The notes under the pieces were generated by a model. It had not been told where the DNA came from. It did no database searches and saw only the letters and a list, made by a program, of their open reading frames with translations. A stretch of 35,690 bases of DNA, from IMG/VR virus record IMGVR_UViG_3300045988_012275. One strand, 5' to 3'. Below are positions 32,807 through 35,690 of the stretch, one piece after another; the stretch's first letter is position 1; each line of letters opens with the position of its first letter. This stretch comes from a virus. The translations under genes were made by a program, and so were the position numbers.

Positions 32807-35690
32807 TTAAAAACCTCCTACATAGCGAATGACATTCATGTCTGGGTTAAGATGGTACTGTTCCTCACGATATCGACCAACTTGGATAGTTTTCGAGAAG
32901 ATCCCGTTCTCGATGTGTATTACACCTTGCGAAATATACATGACCTCCTCCCCTGCCGAGTACATTGAAATGCGACCGTTAGGGTTAAACATCATGCTAG
33001 AGCTACCGTCATTCTTTCCAATCACAAGCCCATCATTTGATGAGTTCATGTAAGTATCGATGAAATTCCAACGATCAGACAGTTCACCTAATTCCTTAGC
33101 AATGGTTGATACCCGCTGACTTGAGATAACCAAAGCTTTCTCGGCTGCAGCTCTCTCGGTCTCGTTTGCCTTAACGAAATCTTGGTAATTTTTAATCCAG
33201 TTATTCAAAATTTCAGCGCTTGCTTTGGCTTCCATCTCTGTTTTAATGATCGCAGCCCTTTCATTAAGTGCATTAATCTGTTCAATCGTCATAGCAGCAT
33301 CGGCCTTGGAATCAATTTCATCTTGTATGTCCTCAATCGCAGGTGTCCACTGAGTAGGTATGTCACCTTCTTCAAGTTTGATATTTTTAATTATTACCCA
33401 ATTACCGTTTGTTGTTGGCATACCTGTTAAGTATACAACTTGCCATGCAATATTTGGCAAAGTTTCTTTGCTTGTCAAAACGCACGATACCTTATTCCAC
33501 TGATTCGCTAATGCTTTAGGCATAGCGACAGTATCAGTCAATGGTTCGTTAAAGTCACCTCGTGCTAGCGTTGCATAGAAAGTTACGTCAACGCTAGGTT
33601 TAACATCGAACGAAAGAACATACTTCGACTTCGGCTGTATGAGTTCACGCAGCAAGCCATTATATTCAATGAAATTCAACCCAGTGTTTGCTGCTGTTGA
33701 ACCTTTGATTAGTTTTACAGCACGAATGCCATCAACTTCCACTTCTTCAACGCTCTTGTCGCCATCGGAAAGCTGCCAATTCCAATTAGTAATACCTTGA
33801 TTGGTTTTTACAAGCAAGTTTCGACCACCTACAGAGATGCTACCCGCAGTATCGTTCCACGTGTAATCAGAAGGATTAGTACTGTCTTCCTTGAAGAAGT
33901 TGGTAAGCACACCTAAATAGCGCTTGCTTCCAGTTTGTGTCAAACTGAAACCTTTTTGACCATCGGCACTATCGGCATAAGCAAAATGGACGTAAGGCGT
34001 ACGTCCATCAGCCCCAGGTTTTCCTGGAATACCATCTCGTCCATCGCTACCTTTCCACTTAGACCAACGATAATCTTGTGGATTTTTGCTATCTTCGGCA
34101 TTGAAGTCTTGATACATACCAATATAGGCTTTATTGACATCTGTTTGACTAAAGCCACTACCTGAAATTGTATCAGCATAAGCTATGTGGGTATACTGCG
34201 TTCTTCCGTCAGCACCTTTAGGACCAGGTATACCTTGGTCACCTTTAGGACCTTGTGGTCCTTGTTTACCATCGTTACCTCGAATGAGGCTCCAAGTGTA
34301 ATCTCGAGGATTAGGACTATCTACTTGTGTATAGTTTGTATATTGTCCGATGAAACTTGGATAATCAGCAGTTGTGACTTCGCTAGCCGAGGGCATCCAA
34401 GGGGTAGCAACTGAACCTAGTTCCGCTTTAGGGTTGTATAATTGGAATCCTTGCCCTGCTACCATATCCCACCCGTATATCACAAAAGTTGGAGTTCCTG
34501 ACGTTGTTGCTGTGAATGTATAAGTATAAAATTCCCACTTTGTGCTTATTGTGAACATTTTATATCCACTTGGAAAATGTTCAAATCCAACAAAAAGACT
34601 TGTGTCACTTGATGCTTTTGCTATAAATGAAATAGTAATGGTCTGCCCAGCGGTTATGTTATAACCTTTTTGTGTATAAAAACCAACGGCAAAAGCATTT
34701 CCGCTTGTTTTTACGTCCATGACTGTATTAGCAATTCCTGATATTTTAGTTTTTGTAATAGCACTAACCGAATTATCACTAGAGTTAGGGTTCATTCCGT
34801 CAAACGTAGCGGTCCCTTCCAACAAATTCAAATTAGGGTAAACAGTCGTGAAACCATCGGTACCATCTGCACTGTAAGCCCACGCCGTATGGAAATAAGG
34901 AGTCTTCCCGTCAGCCCCAGGTTTTCCTGGAATACCATCTCGTCCATCACTACCTTTAACAAGTGTCCATGAGTAATCGCTCGGATTGGTTGAATCATTG
35001 ATGTTAAAATCAACGTACATACCAATATAGGCACGATTAGAATCAGAAGTTGAAAAATCTTTACTTCCATCTGCGCTATTCGCGTATGCAATATGGGTAT
35101 ATTGTGTTTTACCGTCTGCTCCATTAGCAACTATTCCTCCTATTGACAGAGTGCATCCAATTTCTGGTGCTGATCCATCTTCTTGTATGGCTACTTCATA
35201 CCCCTGTCGTGGTTGCAGTGGCCAGGTTCCATCAGACCGCTTGGACATGCCTATAAAGACGTGACCAGTTCGCCCACTCCATGTTCCAAGTTCTGGATTA
35301 CCACCCATTTTGTTAAGCACATCCCTAAAATTTTGGTCAACTGCGTCTGCATCAGATGCTGCAATTGCGACAATACTATCTGTAATACTATTTAGGTAGT
35401 CAGCCAATGTTATATTAACACCATTATGATTAAATGACATGGTTATATAGGTATCACAATGTACGAACTCTTTGAGTTTATGTGTTGTAGCATCAAGAAC
35501 CCACACATTGTGTCCTCGGCTGTAATATAAGGTTTGCTCAAAAGCATTTGGCCCAGTCAGTTTAATATAGGCCTTTGAACCTGCTGAGTATGTATAGGAC
35601 TTAACGAAAATCGTTGGAGCATCAGTACCATCAATACCTTTAGGACCAGGTATACCTTGGTCACCTTTAGGACCTTGTGGTCCTTGTTTA
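32807..35690 (-). CDS. Tal/antireceptor, C-terminal part; continues from 1..1528 across the junction (35641-35690 duplicates 1-50)
   Basis: The frame is open from the right edge. The junction reads ...GIPGPKGIDGTDAPTIFVKSYTYSAGSKAYIKLTGPNAFEQTLYYSRGHNVWVLDATTHK. The GTG start in the track is therefore an artefact. The protein contains collagen-like GXY runs and two repeated modules. It also has two beta-sandwich CBM-like domains, ending KAELGSVATPWMPS and KLEEGDIPTQWTPA. Confidence 0.85.
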   Translation of the reverse strand, partial: KQGPQGPKGDQGIPGPKGIDGTDAPTIFVKSYTYSAGSKAYIKLTGPNAFEQTLYYSRGHNVWVLDATTHKLKEFVHCDTYITMSFNHNGVNITLADYLNSITDSIVAIAASDADAVDQNFRDVLNKMGGNPELGTWSGRTGHVFIGMSKRSDGTWPLQPRQGYEVAIQEDGSAPEIGCTLSIGGIVANGADGKTQYTHIAYANSADGSKDFSTSDSNRAYIGMYVDFNINDSTNPSDYSWTLVKGSDGRDGIPGKPGADGKTPYFHTAWAYSADGTDGFTTVYPNLNLLEGTATFDGMNPNSSDNSVSAITKTKISGIANTVMDVKTSGNAFAVGFYTQKGYNITAGQTITISFIAKASSDTSLFVGFEHFPSGYKMFTISTKWEFYTYTFTATTSGTPTFVIYGWDMVAGQGFQLYNPKAELGSVATPWMPSASEVTTADYPSFIGQYTNYTQVDSPNPRDYTWSLIRGNDGKQGPQGPKGDQGIPGPKGADGRTQYTHIAYADTISGSGFSQTDVNKAYIGMYQDFNAEDSKNPQDYRWSKWKGSDGRDGIPGKPGADGRTPYVHFAYADSADGQKGFSLTQTGSKRYLGVLTNFFKEDSTNPSDYTWNDTAGSISVGGRNLLVKTNQGITNWNWQLSDGDKSVEEVEVDGIRAVKLIKGSTAANTGLNFIEYNGLLRELIQPKSKYVLSFDVKPSVDVTFYATLARGDFNEPLTDTVAMPKALANQWNKVSCVLTSKETLPNIAWQVVYLTGMPTTNGNWVIIKNIKLEEGDIPTQWTPAIEDIQDEIDSKADAAMTIEQINALNERAAIIKTEMEAKASAEILNNWIKNYQDFVKANETERAAAEKALVISSQRVSTIAKELGELSDRWNFIDTYMNSSNDGLVIGKNDGSSSMMFNPNGRISMYSAGEEVMYISQGVIHIENGIFSKTIQVGRYREEQYHLNPDMNVIRYVGGF
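34008..34054. repeat. 47-nt repeat (1 mismatch), copy 1 of 2; encodes GSDGRDGIPGKPGADG
   Basis: The sequence tcagccccaggttttcctggaataccatctcgtccatc[g/a]ctaccttt is also found at 34911-34957. Confidence 0.9.
34214..34273. repeat. 60-nt exact copy of the sequence spanning the window junction (35636-35690 plus 51-55)
   Basis: By direct comparison, accttTAGGACCAGG...GTTTAccatc is present at both sites. Both copies encode KQGPQGPKGDQGIPGPKG in the Tal frame. Confidence 0.9.
34911..34957. repeat. 47-nt repeat, copy 2 of 2
   Basis: See 34008-34054. Confidence 0.9.
35641..35690. repeat. Terminal 50-nt duplication, identical to 1-50
   Basis: Established by direct comparison. Confidence 0.95.

Noticed and set aside
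1-35690. Integrase, CI repressor, toxin or defence-system genes, and recognisable anti-CRISPR proteins
   Set aside because: No minus-strand ORF shows tyrosine or serine recombinase motifs, a CI-type HTH-peptidase, or similarity to the Acr sequences I can recall. The absence is noted but cannot be proven without database searches.

Overview
The window appears to be a complete, circularly closed phage genome of about 35.64 kb. The first and last 50 nt are identical, and a 1453-codon tail gene reads in frame across that junction. Every credible gene is on the minus strand; the plus-strand ORFs in the track are antisense shadows. Gene order, ORF sizes and protein motifs match my recollection of cos-type Streptococcus thermophilus siphoviruses of the Sfi21/DT1 lineage. 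That assignment is from memory and was not checked by a search. Read in the minus-strand direction the modules are as follows. (1) Early control, 28366-26164: a Cro-like HTH gene behind a consensus promoter, then DUF3102-like, ORF6C-like and DUF739-like genes. (2) Replication, 25929-20096: Gp157, an AAA ATPase, a DEAH helicase, DUF669, PrimPol, a P4-type primase/helicase, an origin of replication and a VRR-NUC nuclease. (3) Small early-late genes, 20118-17911, including an HTH-MazG fusion. (4) A 453-bp structured intergenic region followed by a late regulator. (5) HNH endonuclease, a putative cos region, terS and terL. (6) An HK97-type head module: portal, ClpP-like protease and major capsid protein. 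(7) Neck and tail genes: a G/GT chaperone with a -1 frameshift, a 1602-aa TMP, Dit and Tal. (8) A baseplate protein, two holin-like genes and the lysin (32806-28788). There is no integrase or CI-type repressor, so the phage looks virulent. Three observations stand out. First, two diverged copies of a structured RNA-like module sit at 17537-17917; each has a tRNA T-arm/acceptor minihelix mimic, and most substitutions between the copies are compensatory. Second, the large terminase is broken across two frames that are both closed by TGA, so rescue requires skipping exactly 7 nt between two Thr codons. Third, a promoter, terminator and RBS are packed directly in front of the late operon.
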